Positions 13,246-29,467 are shown, counted from the first letter of the stretch. The stretch: DNA of 64,000 bases from Chrysomallon squamiferum (GCA_012295275.1 CM022670.1:27466001-27530000); one strand, 5' to 3'. The notes: generated by a model from the letters alone, not told the origin. Translations and numbers: made by a program.

Positions 13246-15957
13246 AAACCAGTTCTACAATTAGAAATTTGAAGACATTTTACTGTTAAAAGTGGTCAGG
13301 TGTGTGCAGTATTTTATAATTAGTTTTTTTAAAGTATAATCAGCCACAGATGCACTGAACACAAAATTACATTTGTCACACACTGCATTAACTTTCTTGA
13401 GTAATTAGTTGGGGGAAAAAAAGAGAGAAAACTAGAGTATTGTGATAATTTCATGATTTTATATCATCAAAAACTTAAATTAATATCAAAATAGTAATTA
13501 AATTACACCAACAGTATCACAATAAATAAATAAAAATGTTTAAGGTTTTATTAACAAAACAAAAAAAAAAAAAAAAAAAAAAAGATATTTTAAAATGTCA
13601 CATCCTTTGATTGTTGTTTTGATCCTGGTAAGAGAAAAGACCAGCCAGCCATTGATCAAAGATGGCTATTTAATTTGATGTAAGGAAATATTGATGTACT
13701 CAATGTATGTCTTAAGAATACAATGTCCAGGAAAAATACAAATCTATATTTCTGTTTAGGAAAGAAGAAGAAGAAGAAAAAAAAACAGGATGAAATATTA
13801 CTATTGATGTTCTATTTCTTTTGTAGATCCATAATCATGTTGAATATTTATTTACATTTCCCTATTTGTATTTTTCAAATAATGATTGTTTCAGCAGTAA
13901 GCATTTATAAATGTAGTCATAATAAAAATTGGGGAAAAGTCTGCTGAGAAAATATTTTTTAAATAAGTTAAAATGTACATCTGTTTTTTTAAAGTAAATA
14001 TTTTTAAGAAGAAGAAAATAGAAAGCTATGAAGAATGTGTAAGAAAATATTTAAACTTTAAATAAAAATAAAGAAAGCTTTCTCAGAATAAAACAAAAGA
14101 AATAAAAAGAAAGGAACAAAAATATTTTGTTTAAGAAAAGGTTTTAAGTGTAAATAATAAGTTAAAGAATCAATCTTTATAAAATATTTATAATATTTCA
14201 TTTATTTTTTAAAAGTTTGTTTAAGAAAATGTGTTAAAAACAAATAAAAACATAGGTACATATTAAACAAAATAAAAAAACAAACAAAAGCACAAAATTA
14301 AGAAGATCAGTATACTTACATTATTTTCATACTGACATAAATTTTTGTCATTCCTTCTCTTGAACTAAGTGTACACATGTAAAAAAAATAATGATGATTT
14401 TGTAAATTTATACCTTCTGTGAAAAAATATGCACAAAATATATTTCAGTACTGTATACCTGATTGCCTCTTTGTCAGCCATGTTTGCATGCTGGATAATG
14501 GGATGTGTTGTGTTATAAGCTTTGAGAAATAATATATATTTTATAATCTATTGTATTATATTTTCTCTTCCATGACCTGGCTCGCAGAGAAATTCAAAAG
14601 ATATATTGATTTATTTTCATTGATTAGGCACTATAACAATAGCTGTGACAACCTAGATCATATACTACTTATACTTTGTCTTGTAAAATACACACACAGG
14701 CATACACATCTATGTCCATGTCTTTAAATAATCTTGCATATATGGTAGTATTATTTTTCATGTTTGGATAGATTAGAATATGTATTTTTTTGTCCTTAAA
14801 TAAAAAAGTAATTCTCAGTGATAACATTTTTATTGGGGTTTTTTTCATAAATATTTATATATTATGAATTTTTAATAATGTTTAGAAATATTTGTTATTT
14901 ATTTATTTATTTTTAATTTTTCTCTTCATAAACTGACATTTTAAAATTTATTTAATAACATAATTTGTGCATAACTTTCTAGATTACGGCATCAGCTTCT
15001 TAATACATCTCAAGACAGCTTATTATCAGATATGAATAAATGAATATTTAATGTCACAGCAACATTTTGTTTGATTGGTATTCATACAAATCTGTTTTTG
15101 TAAAAAGCATATCCACAGTCTTTATTCAGTAAAAATAAAAATAAAAGAAATCTTAATGTAAAAATATCATTTATGAAGTATACCTGTTTGTGGGGAGCAA
15201 AAAAGCACATCATTAAGGTTTTGTGAATGTTTTAAAATAAAGTAAATATTTTTATTTAATATCAAAATTTCATCTATTAATTTTTGGCAGTGTTAGTATT
15301 TGTTTCTAATTTTCTTAATTAATGTTTTTAATTACAGAAATTTTTTTCCTTGTTGATTTTCAGATTTTTCTGTTTATTTATTTATTTATTTATTTATTGT
15401 TGTTTTGTTTTGTTGTTTTTTTGCTGGTTTTGGGGGTGTTCAAAGCATTTTTTAATTTGTATTTTATCGTATAACATGTTTAATTTATCATTTTTTGTAT
15501 TTTAATATTTATTTTTTTTTTTTGTTTTTTTTTCAGCATTTTATTTTATTTTTTCATTTTTTAAATATCTGTTTATTATATCATTTTAAATTTATTTTTT
15601 TTATTTCACTTTATTATATTTTATTTTATTTTTCAATGCTCTATAAAATAGTTTAATTTCTGTTAAAAAAATTTGAGAATTGAGAAACATCACCATTAGA
15701 CTTGTATCTAACTGAAATAGAAAATGTCAATAAAATATTTTTTAAAAACACAAAATTACAGGACACTGCAGATTTCCACAACAGCACAGGAAATCTAAAG
15801 ATCATTCAGAATGTTTTATATCATAATTATATCCCTTGTAATTTTTATTTCATAATTGTTTTGCCTGTAATGGTATATTGTAACTAAATATGGAAATGGA
15901 AATACGTTTAATGGACAAATTTGAGATTATGGAAGTGGATGAATGTTAGGAAACAAA

Positions 15958-16026
<69 letters not shown>

Positions 16027-16246
16027 AAAAAAAACTGATTCAAAAAAAAAAAAAATAAATAAATAAATAAAATTAAATTAAATTAAATTAAATTAATAAT
16101 AATATAAAAAATTAAAAAAACATAAATTATTATTTTTGACAAGAACAAACATGCAGGACAAACATGCAGATAAATAAATGAGTGGGTGGGAAGATTTGTT
16201 TTAATAAAAATAAAGAAAATAAAAGTTTCTTATATCAGTGTCATAG

Positions 16247-16525
16247 TTTATTATTAACAATGACTGGTCTGAAACAAAAAAATACTAACTTGCTGCATTA
16301 TTGTCATATTTTATTATTAACAAAGGTTGAACTCTAACTGTAAATAAAACTGTTCAAAAATACAAAATTCTAGCTTGGCATGTTATTATACTTTATTATT
16401 AATAAAATACTGACTTACTTTATTATTGTTAAACTTTATTATTAACAAAGATTGAACTCTATAATTGAAAAAGTACAAAAATACAATATTCATTGTATTG
16501 TAAATTTTATTATTAACTAAGGTTT
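16247..16525. repeat. Degenerate tandem repeat
   Basis: tttattattaa(c/t) recurs five times, twice followed by aaag(g/a)ttgaactcta. Confidence 0.6.
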
Positions 16526-18059
16526 TAAAGAAATAAAACAAACAATTACTTAACAGAAAATACATGTAGTTATCTGTTCACACCAGTCACAAATGTACTT
16601 TATCTTACTCATTGATTTTTTAATCCTGATTCTTTTAACTTGATAACACATGTTCACAAAGCAAGAACACTCTAACCTGATAAAACATGCTGCTCGTTTT
16701 TTTTATTTTTTTTTTAGGTACACTTCATCTCATTTTATTTCACCCACAGAGCCTAAACATTCAACATGATTAAATTGGTTTAGCCAGTAATTGTCTGTTC
16801 TTTTAGGTTTTACACTTAAATTATAATGTTCCTGGGCAGCTGTTCAGAAAGCTGGTGTGTGTTTTATATCTAAACTCATGTGAAAATTGACAGGCAGTTC
16901 AACAAACTGGTATCAGTAATTAAATACATTGCATATCATCGAAACGTTGTTTTTTTTAGTGTTCACGTTACAGAATGCCCGAAGGATTGATTAAGTGGAT
17001 ATGTTCTCATCAAAATTAGACAGAAGAAGATTTTCAGAAAAAGTAATTAGATGAACATAAAGCTAGAAAGACGATAAAATAATTATCATGGTAAAAAGGT
17101 GGATTGAGAGATGGATGAATGTAATAGGATAAATTAAAGAAAAGAAAGAAAGAAGGCAAATGAAATGATGGAATGTCCTGGTAAATATGCAGAGAGAGAT
17201 AAGTAAAATGATAAATGGATAGATGTATATATGATTAAATGAAAGTGGAGAGACTGATAGACAAAATAATCAAAATGTGATCTAATGAATACAGGGAAGG
17301 ATGGATTGATGGGTTAATTAGATGAATGTGAAGATAGAATATAATCATAGAATATATTTTAATATGATAGATGGACACACAGATAGATGGACAATTGGAA
17401 AATTGAGTATGTGGCAGATGGAAATAAGCGGAATGAAAAATGGACATATAACAAATTGAAAGATAACATATAAACAAAACAACACCGTTAACAGCAATGA
17501 GAAATAGATAGCTGAACAGACAATAAGTGAGGAAAGAAGGATGAAAAGAGAGAACCAAGAGAAGAATGATTACAAATGTTATACTGACTTTTCTGTTGTT
17601 CTGTTTGATATCACAGTAAAAAATTCTGTCACTATTCAGAGACTGAAGATGGAAACAGAACAAGGATAGTCCATTGCTGAAAGAAAACAAGGTAGCAGAT
17701 GCACTACATTGATGAAAACATATCACATTTTACACAATTAGTGGTTATTTATTTATTTATGACATACCTGTAACCTGCCTCCACAGAGCATGTTTACCAA
17801 CAGCTGTATTCCATTATACAATTACCTGTATGTAAATAATATATGTGATTTGATGAGTGATGATTTCAAATGTCACTGCTGGAAGGATTGTTTGTAGTGG
17901 ATAGTTATCATCATAACAATAGTTAAGATATAAAGGGTTAAGAAACAGGTAAAACAATATTTAACTGTATGTTTGTCAGTTTTGCTCAGTTTTGAACATC
18001 AGTTTTAGATCATCATTATAAAGGGGATGGATTATACATGTATATATCTAGGTATGTAC

Positions 18060-18105
<46 letters not shown>

Positions 18106-19440
18106 ATTTCTTGTGTTTATTTTGCTGTGTATGTATCTGTATTTGTCTGTAAAGATATGTATATATGTAGGAATGTGAAACAGTACTAAACACATTAGCA
18201 TCCATTGCATGACATAATGTGTTAGTCACATTTACAAATAAACAGACTGCTAACAGCTTGTTGGTTTATCATTCTCAACACTTTGAACATGTGAGGTAAA
18301 TTCTCAACATGTTTTGTTTTTCTTTGATGTTCATTGTTTTGTGCTTACTCACACAATATGCAGTTTACCAAATGTAATCATGATAACCATATTTCATAGC
18401 TGTGGAAAGAAAGGGATTTTTAAAACAAATTTCAAAAGTTTTTGTCAGTTCCAGGTATAGATATTACCACTGATAGTTTTACATGTTAGCTGGGAAAGGC
18501 TTTTAGTTATAAATATAGGTATTATTAATAGTGTGTATGTATCAATACATGTGTTTGTTTAGATTAAGATATAAGTTTGTTATTCTTGTAATATATTTTG
18601 TCAGTTACAAATAAAGATATTGTGAGTAATAATAGTTCCCATACAGATCTATATGTTTGATAATTTAAATTAATTAAAATATTAATTTATTTATTCTTGA
18701 TATCATTATAATGGCAATTTCTTCAAAAATCGTTATTTATTTATATGAGAAGAAAAAAAATCTCTGTTTTTAGGATAGTGTAACTGATGATATATCACAT
18801 ACTGTAAAACACAATACATAAAATATTGGTTAATCATAGAAATCTCACAAGGCCTATGTCAGGCTGTTTTGTCTCAGAGTAATCTGGACATAAGCAGGCG
18901 TCTGAGATGAAGTGAGAGAGACGTAATTGTGGTGACACTTCAGTGTAGACTGTTTTAATCAGAGACAATTAAATGTCAGGCCTGTCATTATCCTGACATT
19001 TAATTAAGAATCCCATAAAGTAAAATTTGAAAAGACCTTTCCCAATTTGACAATTTCAGACTCTGCCAGTTGGAATTAATTTTAACAGAAAATTCTGTTT
19101 CGAACAAGAATTTAAAATTCAGATTAGTATTGATAATTACGGTTAAATATCTAACACTGTATACTGAAATGTGGTTCAGATGTGTGACATTATGTATGAA
19201 ACATTTAAAACAAAAGTGAAATTCACATTTCTAAAGTGCTTTTCTAAGTTTTTGGGGAACACTACCCCTTGGACTCCCGTCTTTAACCAGGACTGTTTTT
19301 TGTTAAGCCGTTTTCAAGTTATACATACATTGCCCCCAGGCAATTTAGTTAGAAGAAAGAAAATAAAATAAAAACAGCTTTTGACATTCTTTATAACTTG
19401 ACATAATGTTCCTTTTACATATTGTGCATGTGCACAGATA

Positions 19441-19471
<31 letters not shown>

Positions 19472-22400
19472 TTTTCAAAAGGTTTTAAAAAAATAAATAA
19501 TTAAAACAAGTAAAGATGTATAGAAATATATGTAAAAACATGTTAAAATCCATATTAACTAATCTTGGCAGCAGACCACATTAATGCCATGTTTCAGGAA
19601 GAATCTGGTAACGTGTGTGTATTCACACATATCTGCCAATAAAACTCATATTGTTAGCATATTTGTACCAGTATGCACAGACACTTTAATATTTAAACAC
19701 TTATAGGAGACACATGTAAGGAGTAAATAAATTAGTACTGTGCTAAAAAACCCCAAGAAAAATGGAATTGTTGAACCAGTATTGATGTAGTTTTTGATAT
19801 GTGACGATATTTAAATATATATATATATATATCAATATTTTTTGTTGTTGTGTATAATATATAGTTTTATAAGCTTGATAGGTATATTATTTATACATTA
19901 TATGTTTCACATATGTAAACTTTTTGTGTGTGTGTGTGAATGTGTATAACTTATACTATAAGTACATAACTTCATAAGAGAACACCAATAAAAAAGCCAT
20001 TGTTGTTTTAAATATACCCAAGCACACAGACACACACTTTTGCAGTGGTAGGTTTGAAATATATATGATCAGTATTTGAATATATACATAATCCTGCTTT
20101 AAAATGTCATGAATAATACAATCATCTGATAATGACAATAAAATATTTCAATTCTGTTAATATTTTATATATATGTACATGTATTTGCATACTAAATGCA
20201 TTTATGTCAAAATATTTGTAAATAATTGCAATAAAGAGGCCGATAAAACCATATATATGCATGCACACATACAAATACCCATATGCATGCATATATATAT
20301 ATATAGAGAGAGAGAGACTCACACACAAGCATACACAAACACAAACAAAAAAGAACAAAAAACCCCCCACTTTAATTATAAATCCATATTCCTAGCTTAT
20401 ATCTTAATAAACATACCCTGACACAAAAAACATATATCAAACATGTTCAGACAACATTCTCACACACAAACATCAACAATACACATACCGACACATTTCT
20501 AATCAGAAATCCATATTCCTACCTTTGATATAAGGAATCACAAAGAATTATATCCAGTACACTTGCTTCTAGTGATAGATAAAATTAAAACAGACAATGC
20601 ATGGTCCTAAACACATGTTCATTCATGTGTAGCCAGCAGGACTGCACCAAACAACTTTACGCATGTTTTCTACACATCGGCAGCATCTCTCAGAGCATTG
20701 TCTGGTGAGTTCTATGACATCAGTGAATTTCTCTGTTCTCCCACTGGGAGCTCTGACAAGATGTTATTCTGATGCATACCTTGGGTCCTTGTTACTAAGG
20801 TAAACACATCAGTAGCAGACTAACAGGAATATATTCTTAACATTGGCACATTTACTAACCATGCAGAGAAGGTATTACAAGAGGTCTCTGCAGACAAATG
20901 TAAGGCAATAATACTGATATGAAAAAGATGGAATTAAAAGACAGGAATGGTGCGGGTTAGAGCTGTGTGGCATTGTTTTAGACAAAAGCTGGATGGAATG
21001 GCTGTGCTCTTAGATTGGTATCTTCCTTTATAGTTTCGTGTTAAGCAATGGAATCATGGTTTAATAGTTATTTAAAACAATATAAATTAACAAGTGTTCC
21101 AATAAATGATTATTTCTTTAATAGTATAAAAGAAATTTGATTAAAGTGTGTACAACCAATTGAAAGGTGGATGTTAGAAAATGATCATGAATAAAATGGT
21201 TGTGGTTCTGTTTGAAATATGAATGACAGGGATTTTAGTCATTGGATGGGATGTTTATGACAAGAACTGCATGAAGGAATTTGTTATCCATAAGAAGATT
21301 TCAGTCATGAAATGAGATGATTATTTTATGAAAAGAATACCAGAATATAATTAGATTTTTTTTCAAATGGTTTTGATTGAATCTGAAAAGTAAGCAGTTT
21401 ATAATGAATAATAATTTGTGATCTGTTTGTTCTGTTGAGTTGTAGCCATAGCTACAATACTGTCTCCCAAGTGAAACAGAATTTTATTTCATCTGATGTG
21501 ATCCACATTACTAAATAGTACATTATCAACTTACAGTGAACAGTGGTTTGGGATTTTCTTTAATAGCTGGTTTTCATGAGAGGTAATGGTAGTTACAATA
21601 AAGCTTCTTGAATGGAACTGCATTTTATTTCACATGTTGACACAAATTACTAAATGTGACATTACACTTACAATGAATAATAATTAGGGATTTGTTCTCA
21701 GCAGTGTAAAATTCACCAGAGACAAAGATAGCTTTGATAAGACTCATGTATGGAATTTATTTTATTTCATATAATTTTTGAAACTTATTTTGACTGGTAA
21801 ATAAAACATAACAAGTTATAGCGAATGATAACAAGGTGTGTGGACTTCATTGTGATGTATCGTTATTTAAACTTATTGTTAAAAATACCAGAAAGTAACT
21901 GGGATTTCATATCAGTTCGGTACAGACCAGTTAACAGAACAGTCAAACACTTGTAATGAATAACAATTTTAGATTTGACTTTCAATGGTTGGGTAATTAT
22001 TTAAATTCAATAATAAAGATGTCAAAATAAATGTGGATTTTAGCCAGAGACACTGATCCTGATGATCAAGTCAGGTTATCATCTAAGTCATCATATATAT
22101 GAAATAAAAATTCTGTCAGTGAAAGTGAAAAAAATTAATAATAATAATAATAATAATAATTAGAAGAAGAAGAAGATTGGAATGGAAATATCTAGGGATT
22201 ACTGAGATTTATTAATGAATATCAACAGATATCAGATACATTATGAAGGGATTATAAATATTTATAAGATGACATAAAAAATTAATGTAAAACAGAAAAA
22301 TTCTAAGTTGAAAAGAATTAGAAAACAGTATAATACAGAAAGAGTAACACTACAGATAGATTTTGGAAAAAAAATGTGTGGGTGTTTGTGTTGTATGTAT

Positions 22401-25344
22401 ATAAAATGTTTGGCTCAGTGATAATGGTTCAAGTTCAATACAGTTCATTTTGGCAAGTAACAGAAGTGTGACAGAGTAAAACGTCACTAATTAAGAAGAA
22501 TGAAACAACAGAAAAAATAAATAATTTCAAAAAATAATAAAAAAAAATGATACAGAGAATGTAAAATAGTGGGTAAATTAGGAATCATTTTCATATATGA
22601 ATTGAATATAGTCATTAAAAAGCATTTTAAAAGATCAAGGGTATTTATATGAAGTTAAATTTATGACTTTTGTTGATTTCATAAACACAATTTGGATTCT
22701 GTAAATACATAATTTGAAACAAACTGTCAGCTAAGTTTGTTCTGTTACAGAAAAACTGTCTAGAAACAAAACAGATATGCATTTTTATATTTCAAAAAAA
22801 ATTCTGGAAGTACTTAACAGAAAAAAAAGAAGAAAAAAAATAACCAGTACAAACAACAACAACAATAACAATAACAACAGCAGTAGCAGCAGCAACAACA
22901 ACAACAACAACAGTAACAATATAAATAAATAATTGAATTTTAAAAATATTACAACTTCAGAAAGGAAAGTAACCATATCATTTGTTTTAGGTTTAATAAA
23001 CCTACAGTAGGCTGGAGCTCAGAAGAAAGAAAATCAATACTTTAAGTTGTTAAAGACCAAATTTAAAAAGTGACAATGACAAATGCTACAGAAAACATCC
23101 TCTGATCTGTAACCTTTGGGCTTTCAAGATATTGCCTGTTCATACAGTTTTAGAAGAATAGTCTTTCTATGTATGACTTTCATCAGTCTTTGAACTCAAC
23201 TAATTCAATATAGTTTTGGAGAGAAAATATCTGTGTGTTGTATACTAGTATATATCTGTGAAAGAGAAAGAAAAGGGAAAACAAAACAAGAAAGCAATAA
23301 AGAGACACTGAGATAAAAATGAAAACAATAGAGAAATACAGATAGAGAGAGATACTTCTATGTCCAGGATCTTGTCTCTGCAACATAATATTTTAATTTT
23401 TCTTTTCTTTGTTTTTTCATTTTTTTTTTTTTAGTTGTTTAAGATCGAGGGAATGACGATGTGGTAATACAGAGGAAACTCATGTCTATAAACTAACAGC
23501 TTGCTTTAAATAATTATATATAATGTAATACAAAATTTATTTTAAAAAAAGAAAAAAAGAAATTACATAATGTTCATTGTGATTTTAAACTTTTCCTGTG
23601 CATATCCATAGACTCATTACAGTTGTCCACATAAAAAAAAAAAATTAATCTTCTTCTTATGACTAAATTACAGAAAAGTACATCAATGTATTCATGAATG
23701 ATTCCCGGGGCACACAACAACATCATTTTCAATATCAACTTTAATAACAGAAGGCCATAAATACACAATTATTTCTCAGCAATCAGTAATAAACTGTGAG
23801 CATGTTAGTCAATAAAAATCCTCATCCTCGATGGGACCAGCAGATAAAAGACTGAGCTGGGTCTCTTGGCTAGAACAATGCATACTTGATGAGAAAAGAA
23901 AGGAATGGATGATTTTAACTATGAACCAAGACGTTCTTGCGCTTGCTGTGGCATTTAAGGAAAGACAGGATCAAATTTCTTGAAAGATGAGAAGAAATAA
24001 GTGAAAACGAAAACTCAGGAAATATGAGTATGATTAGCCTTTGTGTAATGTTGTAGCAGTGTTTATATAAATCACTGAATATATTATTTGGATTAGATGA
24101 TATATTTCTCTCTAGGGTTTCATGGTGTAATAAAATATAAAGACATTCTCGTGGTTATGGTGCCACTTGGAAAAGACACTGGGGATATACTAGAAAACAA
24201 TTTCAAGAATTTTAAATAATAAAACAAAAGTTTTGAATTGGAATGGAACACTTGTAAACCATGTCCAAGGATGATCTAGAAAATAATTATTGACAAACTA
24301 GAACATTTTCTTAGGTAATTTTTTGTGACTTTTATGAAATACTTAGATACAAAGTTCTAATATGGATGAGAACTGATAAGTAAATTATAGCTATAGATGG
24401 GAATTGATAAGAAATAATGGATTTTTAAACAGAAATTGGATGCAGTGGTCAATGATGGGAAGATATAATGTTTCAGAAATGAAGAAAATCCCAAAGGAAA
24501 GTTCCTAATCAAGGAATGGAAAAGATGATTTAGATGTGAATTCTTTCTTTCACTGTGTCATTAATAAATTTAAAACTTATTATTATTTTTTTTTTTTTAA
24601 ATAATAAAGAAAAGAAGTAATTTTAACAAAAATTACAGTTACTGTATGGAAAGGCTTATAACATCTTATCTTATCCAGTTATCGGCATTAACTGGAAAGT
24701 GAAATACATTCTGTGTATCTATTCTGTTATACCTCAGACCAGTGCTCTAACCACTAACTGCAACTGGTTTCTCAATAAATCCAGTGTGACTTTAATGAGT
24801 AATTACATTTTTTTATAGCTTTCTGTTATCTTGCCTAGTGATACAAACGCATGATATATTAGTTTTCACCTAATATGCAATGTCTCTCAGTCACCCCAGA
24901 TCACCACAACCTAATAAATACTTTAATCAGACTTGACAAGTTTTATTTTTTTTTGGTGAAAAATTGCATTTCAAATATAATTTATCATATTAATAAGATG
25001 CCAAGAAAATAAAGTAAAAGTTTATATACAAAATTACTAATTTTTTTCTTTTACTCTCACACCAATAAAAAAAAATTAATAAAATAAAAAACACACAAAA
25101 CCCACAAAAATAATCCCCAAAACAACAATAATAGTAATAATAAAATTTTAAAAATAATCAATAAAATAAAGTAAAATAAGGTATAACATTATTTTGTTAA
25201 ATATATTTTTAGATCTTAACTTATTTAATAAAATAATTTTTTAACAAACCTTTTCATAACATAAAAAACCCCAGTATAATACAATACAATACAATACAAT
25301 ATAATATAATAATAATTGTTGTTGTTAATGATTTTTTTTAAATA

Positions 25345-25470
25345 TGTAAAACATTCCTTGCTGCTGATGTAGGCTACTTTTTTCTCATTATCATAATTAT
25401 ATACAGCACCCCATTAAATTGTCGATGAAAAACATGCTGAATGCATGATTAAATGAAACATTTCTTTCTT
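25345..25470 (+). mobile_element. SINE 3' fragment, opposite orientation
   Basis: aaaacattccttgctgct is the reverse complement of agcagcaaggaatgtttt at ~7988; ends ttaaatgaaacatttctttc. Confidence 0.4.
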
Positions 25471-26221
25471 CTTTATTTTAGGTTATGAAGGAGTTTGTTA
25501 AAAAAATGATTTGATTAAATAAGTTAACATCTAAAAAATAAACTTAACAAAAAAATAAAGAGACAAAAAAATGTGTGTGTGTGTGTGTGTGTGTGTGTTT
25601 GGTAAGAGTGAGGCACATACGTGATCTGGGAAATGTAATTATATCAGTGGAGCAATCTTACCAGATTTGACCAGTCAATAATAATACATGCAGACAGCTC
25701 AAGATGATTGGGGATTTATATTTTTTTAAATTAAAGCAATGCAAGTATTAATTTAATCTTTCATCAGATTTCTGGATGGTTTCTGATTCACAGACAGATG
25801 CGAGATGACAAAACAATCTGTTCATTGGCATCTGATTTGTCGGATTTCAGGCATTACTGCTAATGGAAAAATGTCCTCTTGCTCTTCCTTATTCCACCTT
25901 GTCCAGCACTGGTGTTGCACATCGAAAATATCACATTCTGAATGTGTAATTTGTTAAGTGGCACATACAGACCAATTGATTCAATTTGAAGGCCACTCAC
26001 ACCTAACAACATTGATTTATGACTTGCATGGCAGACACAGTATTGAAGGAAATAGTACTACTTTTGAAATACTCGTCGTTTCCATTGTGGGCTTCATCCA
26101 AAAATGTTTTACTGTTATTTTCTGGCTTTGTCACGTGAATCGATCCAGTTTTAAGTAAATAGGGTTTGAGAATTGTTTTTTTTTTTTTTTTTTGGGAGGG
26201 TTTCTTTCAGACATTTGCAGA

Positions 26222-26297
26222 AATAGATGGTCATGAATAGATTCAATAGACATGGTCATGAATAGATTCAATAGACATGGTCATGAATAGATTCAAT
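26222..26297. repeat. 25-bp tandem repeat x3
   Basis: Unit AATAGACATGGTCATGAATAGATTC (first copy lacks CA). Confidence 0.9.
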
Positions 26298-26967
26298 TAA
26301 GCAAGTGCATGAAATGAAACTTTTTTTTTTAATTAATATTTTTTTCAATATTCTGTTTTGTCTTTCCACTGTAAGATTTCATAACCAGAATAATTAAACA
26401 TGTTTCAGTGTATTTTCCTCTTTGATATGAAATCTTCTAACTGAATAATGTAATAGGAAATTTTTGTTTTTTATTCCCTCTTTTTTTTCTCTTTTTTTGT
26501 CATTCTATATCTCGCTCTTTCTCTCTTTATCTGTTTTTCTGTCTGTCTGTCTAATGATTTCTTTCTTTAAATATCTTCTCTCTTTGTTTTTCTCTTGCCC
26601 TTGTTAAAGTTAAAGTTTTTTAACTATTACGACAAATTCCTGTTTGAAATTAAGAGCTTATTTTAGGATGTTGTACAAACCTTTAAGAAAAATGTTAGCC
26701 TCCTGACTTACATTTCCCATAAGTTATATCAAAGTTAATATCTTTTTTTATTATTTATTTCTTTATTTTTTATAACATCATTAGACTACTTTTTTATCAT
26801 CAACTTTTGGATATTGAATATTTGTTTTTTTCAAAATGTAATTTTCACAGGAAATTTGTGACATTTTTTCCTGTAATATCAAGGGACACCTTTGACAGAC
26901 AGGAAAATACATAAATTGATCTTTCAAACTGGTTTAGAAAAGTTGGACGGTACTATGGTTCAAACAA

Positions 26968-27007
<40 letters not shown>

Positions 27008-29467
27008 CACACACACAACACACAAAGACACATGGAAATAATTTAAAAATAAAATATTTGTTATTTATTGTTTTATTTGATATGTTATAATTTTATCTTA
27101 TAACTTTACTGTGATGTTCAGTGAATGTTATATTTCTTTGTGTCAGAACGATGGATAATGATACATTTTTTATAATACAATTTATTTTTAAAACATTTTC
27201 TTGATTTATGAGTTAGCAGTACTCCCTTAGCCAATTACCAATGTTTTTCGTAAGTTTCAAACAGTACAGCAGCATTTTAAAAAATCTATCAGTTCTGAAA
27301 GCACCAGAATTATATCTTGTTCCAAGTATGGTAAACATTTTTGACAGTCTGTCTCTACATTTTGAAAGGAAAATTGCTATTCTGTCATCATTATCATCAT
27401 AATCACAGCTGTTTTTTATTTTTATTTTTATTATTAATATATTTATTTTTACATTCACGATTATCATTTTTGCATTTATTACAGGATGCATTTAATATCT
27501 CAAATGCAATAGTTAAGATGTACTGTTATGAATTTTGTGAACAAAATACCAAAAAAAAAAGAAAAAAAAAGCAATTACTAATACCCACCAGTAAACAATG
27601 AAAGAAAAACCCCCAAAGAAAGATTCCTGTCCACACACCATATATATATATATACCACTGTTACACTGAATATAAAACTAGTCTACCTGTCAGTGGATTT
27701 AACTTCATACAACCCATCAACATTAAAAACAAAATTATGCACACCTGTTATAAAAATATATAACATAGTTTATATTGAAATGGAAAACAATAAAACTAAG
27801 AAAAAACAATACAGAAGTGTATCACTGTACAATATGGGTTAATAAAGGCTAATGTAAAAGCATTATATGATAATACACAGTCTGTCCTAATTGGCCAGTT
27901 TTCCAAATGATTATCTTTCATCATACAACGGTTAAGAGAATTGTTTTAACTGCTGAGGGACTAGGGTGATTTCCATTGCCTTGATTAACTCACACATTAT
28001 GCAGCCCTGTAATTTGGGAGCTGTTCTTCATATGGGCATCTCTGTAGATTTTTATGTCTATTGTTAACTCATAGACAGCAGATAACTGACTTGTTTCAGA
28101 CAATGCTCTGGAAACAATCCAAGAATGAGAATTAGTGTGTCAGAATTGGAAACTTGCAATCAGTCTCAGAGGAATACCGTTATCTCTGTGGCAAAACATC
28201 CATCAGAAACTCACTGTCTTGTATGAAACTGATTTTGGATTCAGATAATACCTATTGCAGGCTTACTTGAATCTCAGACAATAACGTATTAAATATACCT
28301 TGAGATGATTCTGATCTGCCAGTAGCATTGAATACAATACCCATAACAGGTCTTCATGAGTCTCTGTGGACAACAACATATTAAATTATACGTGACCATC
28401 ATTATTGCTGGTTTCATAGATGCAGTACCAATGACTTTCTTGCATTAACCTCAGTGCAAAACAATACATTAAACTGTATCTGACTTAATCTAAAAGACCA
28501 GAGTTGCTGCAGACTGCTGCATTGATTAGTCTCAGGAGTTCAGAGGTTGTGCTCATCTCAAGCATGCTTAATATACTCAAACCTTAGACTTTATCTCAAT
28601 AGTTATGTTTTTTATCATAAAAGCCATTATAATTACTTAAATAATTTCAAATTATTAGTGTATTTTCAGATAAAGTCAGAGAATTATGAAACCATTAAAT
28701 TAATTCATATTTCTAATTAATCTCCTTAATAATTAGTATGGTTCTTAATCATATTCAAAATAATGAAATTAATGTCAACAAGTAATTAATATCTAAAATG
28801 TGATGAACTTGTGAATACAATAGTTATTTTGCACGTTTATTAAAACATTTCTTAAAATTAATATATATAAAATAATCTGTGCATTTTTATTTTCTTTGAA
28901 ACTGATAAATTCATGAAACCTTATAATGTTTTACTGAACAACCAGATCCAACACACTTACAATAATCAAATAACTGCCATGCTGCAGTACAAGTAAATAG
29001 CTGACTTTACTGTTTTGGCCATTTGTCTAATCACCACTACAAGTAAACATTCCTGATGGCAAAATATTAGTCTCATACATCATTATTCTGTTGCAATTCA
29101 AGCACTTGCAGTAATCCAGTCTTAGGCAGATATTTATAGAATGTATTAAAAAAGAGAATTAAAAACCTTTGTTTGGATTAATTAGTAATTAGTTGAGAGA
29201 AAAAAAGCTCTGTACTGTCAAAGATTAAAGATAATAGACTACGAACCTGATGACAGGCAAATAAATTGATTGATTAGTGAAACGCATTAATGATTGAGTT
29301 TGTAGCTTAATTCACTGTTTGTGTTACGTGACAGGCAGGCATTTATCACTGAGATTGATTCAGTGTCATGGTCACTTCCTAACAGAGCTTTTAGGTAAAT
29401 AAATATTGAGTAATATGAAAAAAGTATAAATAAAACAGGTCGTAATAGCAGTAACTGTATACTGATA

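Noticed and set aside
17235-17726. 163-aa hydrophobic ORF
   Set aside because: Derived from a degenerate GATA/GGAT-rich low-complexity tract; no family motif.
26222-26297. Short direct repeats as a CRISPR-like array
   Set aside because: Head-to-tail repeats with no spacers, in eukaryotic DNA.
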